A stretch of DNA of 64,000 bases from Octopus vulgaris (GCA_951406725.2 OX597820.1:65224001-65288000); one strand, 5' to 3'. Positions 1 through 14,111 are shown, numbered from the stretch's first letter. Translations and numbers: made by a program. The notes: a model not told the origin generated them from the letters alone.

Positions 1-130
1 GTAGTGTATATATATATATATATATATATATATGTAAAATAATATGTGACAATTATTCAGTACATATAAATTTCCTCCATTTACATAATATTGAGGTCTC
101 TTTCTTTCTTTTGTTATCTTACCGTTTTTA

Positions 131-183
<53 letters not shown>

Positions 184-185
<2 letters not shown>

Positions 186-419
186 TTCTTTCTTTACTAC
201 CCACAAGGGGCCAAACACAGAGAGGACAAACAATGACAGACAAACAGATTAAGTCGATCACATCGACCCCAGTACGCAACTGATACTTATTTAATCGACC
301 CCGAAAGGATGAAAGGCAAAGTCGACCTCGGTGGAATTTGAACTCAGAACGTAGCGGCAGACGAAATACCGATAAGCATTTCGCCCGGCGTGCTAACGAT
401 TCTGCCAGCTCGCCGCCTT
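184..419 (-). mobile_element. tRNA-derived SINE, family B (Meta-domain-like body), tail type 1
   Basis: The minus strand reads GGCGGCGAGCTGGCAGAATCGTTAGC (A-box-like), GTTCAAATTCC (B box), GACTTTGCCTTTCATCCTTTCGGGGTCGAT..AAGTA, then a tail ending GTGGGTAGTAAAGAAA. More than 10 near-identical copies occur in the window. Confidence 0.85.
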
Positions 420-469
420 TATATATATATATAAATGTTGCAAATGGCATAATAATCATTACTGGTTTC

Positions 470-670
470 AAATTTTAGCACAAGGCCAGCAAGCTTGAGG
501 GAGTAGGTAAGTCGGTTACATCGACCTCCAGTGTTCAACTGGTACTTATTTTATCGAACGCAAAATGATGATAAGCAAAGTCGATCGCAGCGAAATTTAA
601 CCTCATAACGTAGAGATTCGACGAAATACCGCTAAGTATTTTGGCCAGCGCGTTAACGACTCTACAAACT
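470..670 (-). mobile_element. SINE family B, diverged copy with tail type 2
   Basis: Same body as 184-419 but with the alternative tail (..GGCCTTGTGCTAAAATTTGAAACC). Confidence 0.7.
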
Positions 671-1724
671 TGCTGTCTTCTTCTAATAATGATGAACTCA
701 CTATGTTATGTGGGAGGAATATATGTGCTTATTACATCGACTCTTTAGAATCTATACTGGATGTCGACTTGACAGTTCTACTAAAGATTGTTGGTGTCTA
801 TCAACATGCTTGCAGTTTAGGATTGGGTAGACGTTATGATTGTCTGCATGTAAAGCAATAAAAGTCCTTGAAATCTAATACAAAAACATAAAGAAAATAT
901 CGGAAAGTGTTTAAGTATGTATAATTTTGAGAGCGACCTGTAATGCCCTAATCATTTGCATTGTTTTGGCACTTAATTGAATCTTTTCAGTTATAGTTAA
1001 AGTATTTGGAATTTGTTCTGATTTAAATGGCAGGTTCTAATTGATATTTGTTACTTGCTTAAGACGTCATCTCTCAGTGGCACATACGCCATTAACGACT
1101 TTTCTTCACTGTTCTCAACACTGGGTTGTTTTTTCCTCACGTTTTATCTTTTGAAACTTTGATTTTTTCTACTTACGTCTACTGGCAGTGCGTGAAACCA
1201 TTATTAATACTTCTAGAAATAGATGATCCATAATTGTCTAACCTCTATCTTTTAACATGTCCAACACGGGAGGCCCTCTGAGCTTGCGCTCCGAAGGCAT
1301 AGCTCTCACAGTCATTGATCCATTCAAGCTACCACACAGCAACGATGACTGATTGTTTTAGTAGGAGCTTAACTTCTGGTTGTTCTAGTTGACAGTAAGA
1401 GTGTGCAGTCTAGTGTCAAAGGTGTTCCATTCACAACAATTATCATAATATCGTAGATTCAATTCCTAAGACATTTTGTGTTCTACAACAAGGCACTTCA
1501 TTTCATGTTGCTCTAGTTTATTCAACGGAAAAAGAGTACAAGCCTTCTGCTGGAGAAGTTTCACTATCTTCAGCTGTCATATTTTGTACATACCACTAGG
1601 GAAAAGTGGGCTAACTGAGAGGCTACCGATATCTGTCATCTAAAACAACTTGCGAAAGCATGTTACCAAGCTGTACTCATTTGCAGGTTGTTACTAACCC
1701 TTTGTATGTATATATATATATATA

Positions 1725-1779
<55 letters not shown>

Positions 1780-2147
1780 GTATATAAAATACATACATAA
1801 ATGTGTATGTAGGTGTTTGGGATATAAGCAGTTTATGAACACCATAAATGGAGAGTGAAAGGAACTAAGAAATAAAGGAAAAGGGGATCTCTCACAGTAT
1901 TTGAAACAGCAATCTCGTATAGCTGGCGGCTACAGTATACACAAACACAGACCCATACACGCATACATATACGCATGTGTTTATATAGAATCTAAAGCAA
2001 ATAATACAAAATAATAATAAAGATATTAATAATACAAAGAAATTCATCAGAAAACCGAACAAAGGACGGGCACAGAAAAAGAAAATTATCACACACACAC
2101 ACATATGTATGTACATACACACACACGTGTGTGTGTGTATGCATATG

Positions 2148-2207
<60 letters not shown>

Positions 2208-2569
2208 TAAACTGCATGTCGCGTTGGATATGTATATCTGAGATTTACTTTTGTTTTATCTTTAATTCATTTTCCCGTAGTCTTTTTGTTTCTTGTTTTC
2301 TTTTTGTCGCATTTTCTATTCTATTCTATTATTTTATTTAGTTTTGCTTATTTTTCTCTCTATCGGAATCTTCGCTTATAAGATTTCTTTTAACCGTAAC
2401 CGCTTCAAGAACTCTTCAAGGAGTTGTGATCCCATTATTATATTTAACTCAACCCAATATGGCGTATTTCAAATGTTTTATATCCTCTTCCTTCATATAT
2501 ATTTTATTACCTCTTGTAAGTGCTGTAGTGTTTGGTAGGACAGAATCAAATAGGAAATGTATAATGCCT

Positions 2570-3259
<690 letters not shown>

Positions 3260-4054
3260 AACTGTTTTTTGCGTTCTGAATATTTGCTCGCGTTCATTAT
3301 CACTATTGACTTCCATGGTTCTCACTGTTTTATGTTTTGCCGGTAGTTTTTTCCTTTGTTTTAACGCATGCTAGCTATGTTGTTAGGTCATCTGGTCTTT
3401 TATATTTAATGTGGATATCTGATATTAGCAAAAGTTTAAACATTTCGAAGGAGGGATCAGTCGAATAATTGGAACCAAGCATTGGCCGATATATTAATTT
3501 ATCGATATTGGAATAAGGGTAGAGAGATATTACCTTCTGATGTGTCAAAAATCTCTGCATGCTGTGTTCAAATCCTACCTTGGCCTACTTTGTCTTTTTA
3601 TTTTCTCAGGTGTGTGTGTATTGGGGCGTCGATATATGAAGTATCTGTCATTCAAATACGTGTGCCGAATTTTTTGACTTTGAAATCGGTTAAGATTGCC
3701 TGTGAGAAACGTTATGAGGAACAATTCACAAGGAGAAAGCAATCACTTCTCACAGAAATTTCATATTCTACTGGTACCGTCTGAGCAGACAATACGAAAC
3801 GATTTTTCTTATATGGATCTGGTCGTTCAAGGTTCAGAAGTCACTAAACAAGAAGGCAGAAAACTATTTTAAAGTTACCTTTAGAAAAGGAAAAATAACT
3901 GTAAATATCCTGAAAACAATATCCACACAATACACACAGCAGTAGATTGGGAGAATTATTAGAGCATCGGTAACAATACCTTGCATTGTTTCTTCTGGCC
4001 CTTTATATTATAGTTCAAATCCTACGAAGGTCAACTTTGCCCTTCTCTTTTATG

Positions 4055-4216
4055 GGCGCAGGAGGGGCTGTGTGGTAAGTAGCTTGCTTACGAACCACAT
4101 GGTTCTGGGTTCAGTCCCACTGCGTGGCACCTTGGGCAAGTGTCTTCTACTATAGCCTCGGACAAACTAAAACCTTGTGAGTGGATTTGGTAGACGGAAA
4201 CTGAAAGATGTCCGTC

Positions 4217-4268
<52 letters not shown>

Positions 4269-4466
4269 CATATATATATATATGTATATATATGTGCGTG
4301 TATATATGATTGTGTGTCTGTGTTTTTCCGCCCACCATCGCTTGACAACATAGACCGATCGAATAAGTACTAGGCTTACAAAGAATACGTCCTGGGGTCG
4401 ATTTGTTCGACTAAAAGGCGGTGCTCCCGCGTGGCTGCAGTCAAATGACTGAAACAAGTAAAAGAA

Positions 4467-4467
<1 letters not shown>
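4055..4467 (+). mobile_element. tRNA-derived SINE, family A (CORE-like CCTTGGGCAAG motif, internal microsatellite)
   Basis: Head GGCGCAGG..GGCTGTGTGGTAAG..GGTTCAGTCCC, then CACCTTGGGCAAGTGTCTTCT, an internal (TA)n, and a 3' end GGCGGTGCTCC..TGGC.GCAGTCAAATGACTGAAACAAGTAAAAG. It recurs many times. Confidence 0.85.
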
Positions 4468-4530
<63 letters not shown>

Positions 4531-4764
4531 AAAGGTCCTGGCAGGGCTAAAAGTAAGGATGTTTCCAGAGTAGCACTCAACCCGAATACTGAACTATCGA
4601 CTGTCAAGTTCCATACCAGTGCAGGAACCTTAAAGGTGTAGAAAATCCAAATTTTCTACAAATTTTACGTCATTGGAGACATATATACAGAAACTAAAAA
4701 AATATGAAAACAAATTCCCATATCAAAAACAACATACATTGACGAAAAGTCTTGAACGTCGATG

Positions 4765-4935
4765 CTAGATCAGCTTGAATTAGCAGACAAAATTTCTTTG
4801 AATCATATCTCACCGTATTGAAAACAACAAACAGAATGATACATTTGATTGTATAGCTCTAAATGTACTTAGCATGATTGAAAGTTGGGATGGTATTGGT
4901 TGGAGCGCTTTGAATCATAGTTTGCTCTGCTCTGT
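4765..4935 (+). repeat. Unclassified interspersed repeat (motif ..CACATTGGATAATGTAxTCCTA..)
   Basis: Diverged homologous segments occur at about 6380-6585, 7320-7540, 40890-41055 and 41085-41260. Confidence 0.5.
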
Positions 4936-6759
4936 TGCCTGCCTTTTCATTCTGTTCTTTAGTTACTAAACAATATAGTTAACATATTACTGTGTAATGA
5001 GAATAACAGTATGCATCATATATGTTGGCTGAAGTTATGTAGTTATACCTTAGCATATTGAACATGAATATAAAAAAGAAAATTTGAAATTATGTTTTAT
5101 TAAGTTCAGAGTTCAATTCCAGCTCAGGTTATCTTTGCAATTTATTCTTATGAGGTCGATAAAATAAGTACCAATCTCAAAGTAATGTATCCGATAGTGG
5201 AAACTATACATTTTTATGTCTCTAGCTTAGTGCGACTACACACCAGTGAATAAAACTTGTGAAAGAACAAATAATTATTGACAGCCTCGTCATAAACAAA
5301 ATCATACGGAAAACACGTAAAAGTATGTAGGAGGCTTATCATGGTACACAAAATATATTATCATACAGAAAAATACATGAAACTGTTCAGAAAGCTTATC
5401 ATAATTCAGAAAAAAATGCGCATAAAACTATACAGAAATCTTATGCTCGCACATAAAATATATAATTTTCACTTCTTCGTTTTTTTCATTCTCGTTTACA
5501 AAAATAAATATGAAACTACCCAATCAACATATCGTACTTATGAGACTGTAAAAACAGAAAGAAAAGATAACTGCCAGCATGTTTAATTTGGACGCCTGAC
5601 GGCGATCGTTGGATGTACGATAAAAAAAAAAAGCAAATCCTTGTTATAAATTTACGATTAGAATACATCGTACATATGCATCCAGCTCACAATTTTGATA
5701 CTTAAAACCCTAAAAAGAAATGGCTGATATCAGAAAAGCAAGACTATAAAAAGAATACTTTCCATCCTACTTGAATTTGAACTTCAAACGAATGCTTTGC
5801 CCTTGGTAGATGAAGAAATTATTTGAGAAATTCCGATATTATTTGTATTTCTACTTCACTATTAAGTTTCTTTTTGCTTTGTTTTATTTTCTATATTGAC
5901 TTAGTTTTGAATGAAGACAATAACCTGAATATTATTTATAAATAATATAATGAAATATCTATGTTATACTACACTTCTGAATGACAATATCTCAGAATCA
6001 TGTTTATAGATATAGTTATAGTCGAAAATATGAAATATTAAAGAAATTTAGACTTGTATTGCGGTTTGGTACTTTTTTTTTATTTCTTGAATACTTTCAC
6101 TCCCGTTTACAAAAAAAGAATTTGGAACTGCTCAATAAACATATCATTCTTATAAGAAATATATCACCACACAGAAAAACACATGAAACTATTCAGTAAG
6201 CTTATCATCATGCATTAGAATATAACAACATATAAGAGGAAAATATATAAACAATATCAAAAATATATCAACTCAAAAAAAGCATATAATCGTGTAGGAG
6301 ATACATAAAATATAGAGAAAACTTATCTCCATAAAGAAACCGGGTGTGGCTCTATAAAATCACCCAACCTGATAAAAAAAAAGAGCAGCTGCTAAATTCC
6401 CTTGAAATAACAAATTATCATCTTATAAGTAGGAAGGACATATCGGATAATACATTCCGGGCTTGACGATGCCTAGAAAAAACAAAAACGATGACTCGTT
6501 GTTCACAGCTAGAATACATATAATCGTATATCTGCCCGATCGGAGCCAAATGTGAGCTAAAAAAAACAATAACTACAACACTGTCATCATACAGGAATTT
6601 ATCAACATAGAGAAAATGTATCATAAATGAGAGACATATATCATCTCCCAAGGACGGTATCCCCCATACTAATAACGTATCATCAAGCACAAAACATTAT
6701 TATCATAGTAAAAAGTATATGTCGCCATGTTTAAATGGTCCCAACAAGAAAGGCTTTAA

Positions 6760-7315
6760 TACGTGGCAGGTGTTGAAAAGGTCCTAGTTTTGGGTGAATG
6801 AAAATTCAGGAGGATTAATTAATCATGCTTTTATTCAACATATTCCTCTCTCAGATTCACACACGTATTGCAGTGGTCTTACAATTTTTCTAAGCCCCGT
6901 AAAAGAACTCGGAAGGTTGAGCCTCCAACCGGAATTCATCAACATAGGAAATGCATATCACAAAAATGAGACATATATCCCCTTCCAAGGTCGGTATCCC
7001 CCATACTAATAACGTATCATCAAGCGCAAAACATTATCATAACAGTAAAAAATATGTGTCGCCATGTTTAATTGGTCCCAACAAGGAAGGTTCTATGTGG
7101 TGGGTGGTTGAAAAGCTCCTAGCTTTCGATAAAAGAAAATACAGGAGGGTCAGTTAATGATGCTTTTAGTCAATATATTCCCCTCTCAGATTCACATTTA
7201 TTGCAGCGGTCTTTCGGTTTTTCTAAGCCCCGGAAAAAAACTCAGAAGTTTAAGCCTCCTACCAGACCTTTCACGATACCCTTAAAGCCAGAAACGGTAC
7301 AGTACCTCCTCGTGT
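6760..7315. mobile_element. Two adjacent copies (first truncated) of a ~200-bp mariner-type MITE
   Basis: Homologous to the TIR-bounded copy at 55345-55510, sharing AAAAGAACTCGGAAGGTTG.GCCTCC.ACC. Confidence 0.75.
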
Positions 7316-7785
7316 AGCTATTTGATGTGTTAGAATTAGGAACCAAAACATTCTCAAACTATTCCTTGCAGTCTAAAAAAGCAAATACCACATTGGATAG
7401 TGTATTCCTAAACATAGACAGGCAATATCTAAGAGGACTTGGGATCATTATTAGTGGAAAACCTTTGTTCTGACGTCTGCTAAGTCCGAAATGACAAAGA
7501 ACTAAACAACTACGATAACGAAAACAACAGCAACAACAACAATAGACTGTAAATGTGCAGAGAACTTACAACAAAAGTACCAAAACATATCACTTACTTC
7601 AGAGATATATCATTTCAATGAGCATATCACCATACACACAAAAGCCAAGAAATAAAAAAAAATTCTATATCGGCGTGTAGAAACATATTAACATAGATAA
7701 AACATATCAACATGCAAAGAAAGAACATATCACACTACAAATATGTACATACATACATACATACATACATACATACATACATACA

Positions 7786-7816
<31 letters not shown>

Positions 7817-8257
7817 TTATGTTTGTGTCAGTGTGTGTGTGTAAGTATGCTGGTATGTAGACATATATACGTTTGTTTGTGTGCTTGTGCGTCTGTGTGT
7901 GTAGTTTATATATATATATATATAAAACATAGAAAAAACAAACATCCTACTACTGAGAGAACACACACACAGCAATTAATGTTGTTCAGATGCTATGGAA
8001 ACAGCAGAACGCTGGACAAAAGCACAATATTAAAACTCGAAAATGAGATATTCAGAATTGGAAGGCGGATAAGAGTAGAAAGTTCTGGAAAATATTTGCA
8101 CATATATTTACGGTCTAATAAACAGTAAATTCGTCCTGCTGGGAAAATTATTAAAACTCCGTTGCCGTTATGTCATTATACAAACTGCCGCAAATACACA
8201 GACGAACAAAATGGCTCTCTACAAACGCAAATACCTACACATACATGTACTAATGCG

Positions 8258-8309
<52 letters not shown>

Positions 8310-8545
8310 ACACACACACACACATGTACGCCAATATGTGAATATGTGTACGTTTGTGTGAGATAGTGTCGTAAATATACATATAACTTTGTATATATGT
8401 ACATGTGTGTCTTTGCGTGCGTGTGTGTGAGTGTGTGTGTTTGTGTGTGTGTGTACATATGTATGCATATGTATAGTTACGTATGCATATATCTCTCTAA
8501 ATACCAACACATATACATACACACACATACATATGCACATATATA

Positions 8546-8597
<52 letters not shown>

Positions 8598-8671
8598 TAT
8601 ATATATGCTTATGTGTATGCATGCATCTCTCTCTCTTTCTCTCCATATATATATATATATATATATTCTAC

Positions 8672-9010
8672 TTTTTAACAACTTTCGGCTTTAGAGCTCC
8701 AGCATGGCCACCACTAACTCGTGTTGTTACACTTTCATTAATCCTCCTTTAACAGTTGGCGTTTGGTGAACGAAGGAATTTGATGCTGCTGCCATCGTTC
8801 CCGCTTCCCTGCAGTGAAGTTGGCTCATCTGGGACTGTTCACTGTAGGAGATTCAGTTTAGTTTTCAAGACATCTACATTCACCCCATGTAGGCCTCGAA
8901 ACTCCTTCGGGGAAATATTCTAGAGCTGTAGGCTCTTGAATCCCAAGCTACTACCGTATCTGGTCCTGTATTTTGACAGCAAGGGTGAGATTTTATGCAA
9001 GCATGTCTAC
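8672..9010 (-). mobile_element. 3' end of a CR1/L2/Jockey-group LINE (ORF2 C-terminus pseudogene plus 3' UTR)
   Basis: The minus strand translates, with stops and frameshifts, to RTRYGSSLGFKSLQL*NI..EFRGLHGVNVDVLKTKLNLLQ*TVPDEP..AAASNSFVHQ, typical of LINE ORF2 C-termini. It ends at an A-rich/(TA)n tail. Confidence 0.7.
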
Positions 9011-9934
9011 ATATCAACACGCATTAACATAATATCCTTTAGCCCTTGTTCGTTCGGGCATATAGGTATATATTATCCTATATAATAAAAGAGATAATTT
9101 CGCAGCTAGCTGGTTCTGGGTTCGATTCTACTTTGGACAAAGTTTATCAGTGCTTTTTTTTTTTTACTTTTTTATATATATATATTTTATAGCTTAGTTT
9201 TCCTATAGCATTGCTTGTGGAATTTGGTTGACAGAAACAGTGATGATGTATACAGAGAAAAAAATGTACATATGGGTGGTTAAACAGATAAGGCAGTGTG
9301 TTCGAATGAGCGATTCCTTTTAATATTTATTTAGTCTGAGTTGTAACACACGTCGTCGAAAATACAGTGATATGCTTATTAGCCCGTTGGACATCCAAAA
9401 GTAATAAAAGCAGATATATTCATGAACACATAGATATCTATATACACATATTTATACATAAATACGCTTTATCTCCCTCTCCGTCTCTCCGTCTCCCTTT
9501 CTCTCTCATGAGTGTGTGCCTGTGTGTGTGTGTGTGCGAGCGTGTGTGTGTGAAAGCACATTGTCTGGTGGTTAGGATATTACATGGAAGATCACGGTTT
9601 TGATTCTATTCAACTGTTAATAGGTGGTCCGTAATGAGGGAACGTTGGCCTGCTCGCCTCGCTATCGTGGTGTCGTCTTTCGTAAAGCTTTCGCGCATTG
9701 TGATCAGCGGTGTATAACAATAACTGCGAGGGTGATCGATGGATACACACATATACATGCATACCTACATACATACATACATACATACATACATACATAC
9801 ATACATACATACATACATACATACATACACACCTACTTATATGTATATGAGACAGGCAAACCTGTATGTCACAGAATATATCCAATGAAGTAATTATAAA
9901 TATGTTTTCTTTGTATGGTGCATCTAAATTAGAA

Positions 9935-10345
9935 AGTTGATGTCTCAGCCTATGCAGATTCCAATCTCCATCTCACTCAACTCCCTCCTCTGGATATCAG
10001 CAATCATGACTCCCAGTTACTCAGGATCAAATCTCCCTGTCTCACATCCCCAAATATTTTACCATTTCAGTCGTTCTCTAAACTCCTCCAAACACCAATA
10101 TCATCTCCTTCATTGAGAAAATATTTCTTATTTCATCTCTTCACCAAAATTCATCGGTCTTGATGACTTCATCATTCCCACCGATTGAATAAGCACACAG
10201 TGGATCATTTACTCATCGATTACTGATGCGGTTGGTACAAAACCCGAGACTTTTGGAACCCTCAAATTTATTCATCAACTGTCTCATTTCCTACATATAT
10301 CTCGGAGCAACATCCTTGATGTTTATCTCACTACGAAACCCGAAA
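9935..10345 (+). pseudogene. Degenerate APE-type endonuclease fragment of a LINE
   Basis: Broken frames give GLDDFII (GDFN-like), TDAVGTK, and SNILDVYLTTKPE (LDL-like motif), in the order expected for LINE APE domains. Confidence 0.55.
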
Positions 10346-10577
10346 GATGGCGCGTGTGTATGTATGTATGTGTGTGAGTACATATAATTGCATTATTATA
10401 TATTATTAAAACTGCAAACGTAGAAGTTGGCAGTACTAAAGCCCTACACGTGTTTCGATCAATTATTCAATTATGAAGTCATTTGCATATTTTATACTAG
10501 CCTTGTTTATACTGGAGATTAACCAACTGCGTTTACCACGTTCAGTATACTGATCCCACATTATTGCTGTTGTTGTT

Positions 10578-10790
10578 AAGGCGGTGAGAATGGTTTCGAT
10601 GCCGGGCGAAATGCTAAGCGGCATTTCGACCGTCTCCACATTTTGAGTTCAAATTCTGGCGTGGTCGACTTTGACTTGCATCCTTCCGGGGTCGATAAAA
10701 TTACTAGCAGTTACACACTGAGGTCGATGCAATCGACTCACCACCTCCACGCAAAATTTCAGACTTTGTGTCTATAAGAGTAAGGATTAT
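10578..10790 (+). mobile_element. SINE family B, tail type 2
   Basis: AAGGCGGTGAG..GAGTTCAAATTC..GACTTTGACTTGCATCCTTCCGGGGTCGATAAA..AAAATTTCAGACTTTGTGTCTATAAG. Confidence 0.75.
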
Positions 10791-10839
10791 TATTGTATAT
10801 ATACGTATATGTAATTATGAGTGCATACACATACACATG

Positions 10840-10893
<54 letters not shown>

Positions 10894-10912
10894 AATGTTT
10901 ATAGTTAAGCTT

Positions 10913-10953
<41 letters not shown>

Positions 10954-10988
10954 CACACATACATACATATATATACATACATATACAT

Positions 10989-11025
<37 letters not shown>

Positions 11026-11035
11026 CATACATATG

Positions 11036-11073
<38 letters not shown>

Positions 11074-11437
11074 CAATGGCACACATGCAAAAAATATAAA
11101 TGCACACGTGCATTTATAAAACCATGCCGATAACTGTAAAATAACGTAGAAGCATATATAAACGAAGGTTTTACATCTAAGGGATATCTATATTATAAAT
11201 ATTAATGTTCACTTGTAAATCTCTGTCTATATGAAAATACTTGTTCCATAGATTTGACAGTTATATATAAATATATCAATTTCCCTATGAATATTAAGCA
11301 TGTATACTTTGTGCAAACGTACATGTTTACTGGTTGGTATAGACACATATAAAGATATACGCATACACACATATATATATATATACACACATACATGCAT
11401 ATACATACCAACATACATCTCTCTGTCTCTCTCCCTA

Positions 11438-11493
<56 letters not shown>

Positions 11494-12228
11494 CGGAAAA
11501 TGGAATACGCGGGGAGTTTCATTGCTCAGAATGATCATTTCGACACATCCTGCATCGATCCCCCGCGGGTGGGAATCTGTACAACTAGGCACGGTGCATC
11601 CCTCGGTGGAGAAGATCTCATCAGGCGACATAATAAAAGGTATCTTGTTAAACGAACTATATATACGTATATAAAATTTGTCTGCATTTACATTTGTGGG
11701 TGTGTGTCTGTATGTATCTGTGTGTTTGTGTGTGTGTGTGTGTTTGTTTGTGTGTGTTCACTTTTTCGTGTATTTGTGACTGCATTTGTACAGGTATTGT
11801 GAATCTACACGATCACATTTATTTTCACGGTATAATCCGTCACTTGAAAGTTCGTACTTCTTTCAAAGAAGTATTGTTTCTGTTGATTTTTATTTCGTCT
11901 TGCCAGTTATCTCAATTTGCTGCCTTGCAGGATATAATGGTGAAATTTTTTTAAACCTAACTTGATTTAAATTTCTATACATACGCTTTACTATGGTGAT
12001 ATACACTCATGCATATGAACGCGTGCACTCATACCTACATTTGCATGCATACATGTGTGTGTGTGCATGCGTGTGCGTGTGTGTGCTTGCGTGCGTGTGT
12101 GTGCGTCTATCAGCACGCGTATTTATGAGTGTCACGAAATTTAGTAGCGAAATCGAACCGGAAATCACATTACTCTGAATGAAATATCTTAACCACACAT
12201 GCATAGCCGAGATCGCACAACCAATGTA

Positions 12229-12267
<39 letters not shown>

Positions 12268-12269
<2 letters not shown>

Positions 12270-12409
12270 CTGTCCGACGAACGGGAACGTGAAACTCCGA
12301 GTAACAGCTTTTGTTACATTTCTGTTGCATTTAAATAAAGCATATTACTCTACCTCTGGTATTTGAGTAGTCTTTTTTCCACCTTGTTTCACATTTATGT
12401 GCTTACTTC

Positions 12410-12411
<2 letters not shown>
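12268..12411 (+). mobile_element. Short (TA)n-flanked element carrying a minimal hammerhead-like motif (family H1)
   Basis: CTGT-CCGACGA-ACG GGAA CGT-GAAAC-TCCGA-GTA-ACAG at 12270-12307. Homologues lie at about 32230-32296 (-) and 38638-38850. Confidence 0.65.
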
Positions 12412-12486
<75 letters not shown>

Positions 12487-12489
12487 CAC

Positions 12490-12535
<46 letters not shown>

Positions 12536-12831
12536 CATATATATATACATACATATATATCTATATGTATATATATATATGCACACATATATATATATGG
12601 ATCTACAAATGCAATATCCCTACATATCTCACATCTATATTATTTTATTTTCTCCACCTCACTCTCTATTTTATATCTTATCTAAATTTACTATTACTTA
12701 ACCATCCTCTCACACCGTCTCCGATGAAGGGATATATCAAATAAACCGGGAAACAGCTGTAAGTTCTTCTATCTATAACTTTTCTAAAATCTAAACAGAC
12801 TTGTTTTTTTATCTCACAACGAAATAAAATT

Positions 12832-12893
<62 letters not shown>

Positions 12894-12930
12894 TGTGCGT
12901 GTGTGTGTGTGTGTGTATAAATACATACAT

Positions 12931-12981
<51 letters not shown>

Positions 12982-13024
12982 TATATACATTCCAGGAAGG
13001 ATGCTGTCCAATGACTGAAACAAG

Positions 13025-13130
<106 letters not shown>

Positions 13131-13639
13131 ACGTATATGAACATGCTCGGTAAGCGAACACCGCACAGGTACACGTATACACACATCACACATACACACG
13201 TGTGCATACAAACACCACAAAGTAGATTTTTGCAAGCAAGCGTATATGTCTAACCCGCGAGGAGAATGTTATACGTGCATACGTAATGGCGTGGATGGTA
13301 AATTGGCGAAGTTTACTGCGAAGTACCAATCTGAGAACGTCGCTGGATATATGTAGAAATATGAATAATTCATTGTGAAGAAGTCTGTGCTATTGAAGAT
13401 TTTGACACAGATGAAAGGACTGCAATGAGTTAGCTGTTTCGTGAATTGTGAAACGGTGAAGAATTTGTTTTCGTTTTTGTTTGTTTCGTGGTTATTTGTT
13501 TTTGTTGTTTTCTTTTTTTGTTTTGCTTTTTTATGTTTTCGTTTTTTTTTTTTTGGTTTTACTTTTTATTTCCTTCGCCATCTTATATAACGTAAATAGT
13601 GAGATATTGAGCGAGAGTTATATTAAGAGATATTGGTAT

Positions 13640-14079
13640 AGAAAATGAAAGAAAGAAAGAGAGATCGAGAGAGAGAGAGGGTGTGGAAAGTCTGTGAGTG
13701 AGAGATTTATAACGCGTTTGAGGGATTGAGAACGAGAGAGTGAGAGAGAGAGAGAGTTAGATTAACTGGGAGAGAGAAATCAGAGATATAGATCAAAGCA
13801 AGAAACAGATTTATAGTCATAAAAAGGAATAGAAACATATAGACAGATAAATGAATGGAGAGAGAGAGAGAAAGAGAGAAGGAGAGAGTGTATGTGTGTG
13901 AGTAAGTAAGTGTGTGTGTGTGTGAGTGAGTGAGTGAGTGAGAAAATCATTGTGAGTTTGAGGTAATCAGAAGCAGATGGGGGAGGAGAGAGAGAAATAT
14001 TAGCAGAGAGTGAAGTAGCAAGGAAAGATATAGATCAAAAGCGAGAAACGTACATATATTGATAAAGAGGTACAAACAT

Positions 14080-14111
<32 letters not shown>

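Noticed and set aside
3482-3875. ORF and acceptor-like TTTTCTCAG at about 3609 as a possible host exon
   Set aside because: No recognisable protein motif in any frame and no convincing downstream donor.
10441-10460. Minus-strand GATC-GAAAC-ACGT-GTA-GGGC hammerhead 3' half
   Set aside because: No CTGANGA strand or stem I partner nearby. At most a truncated remnant.
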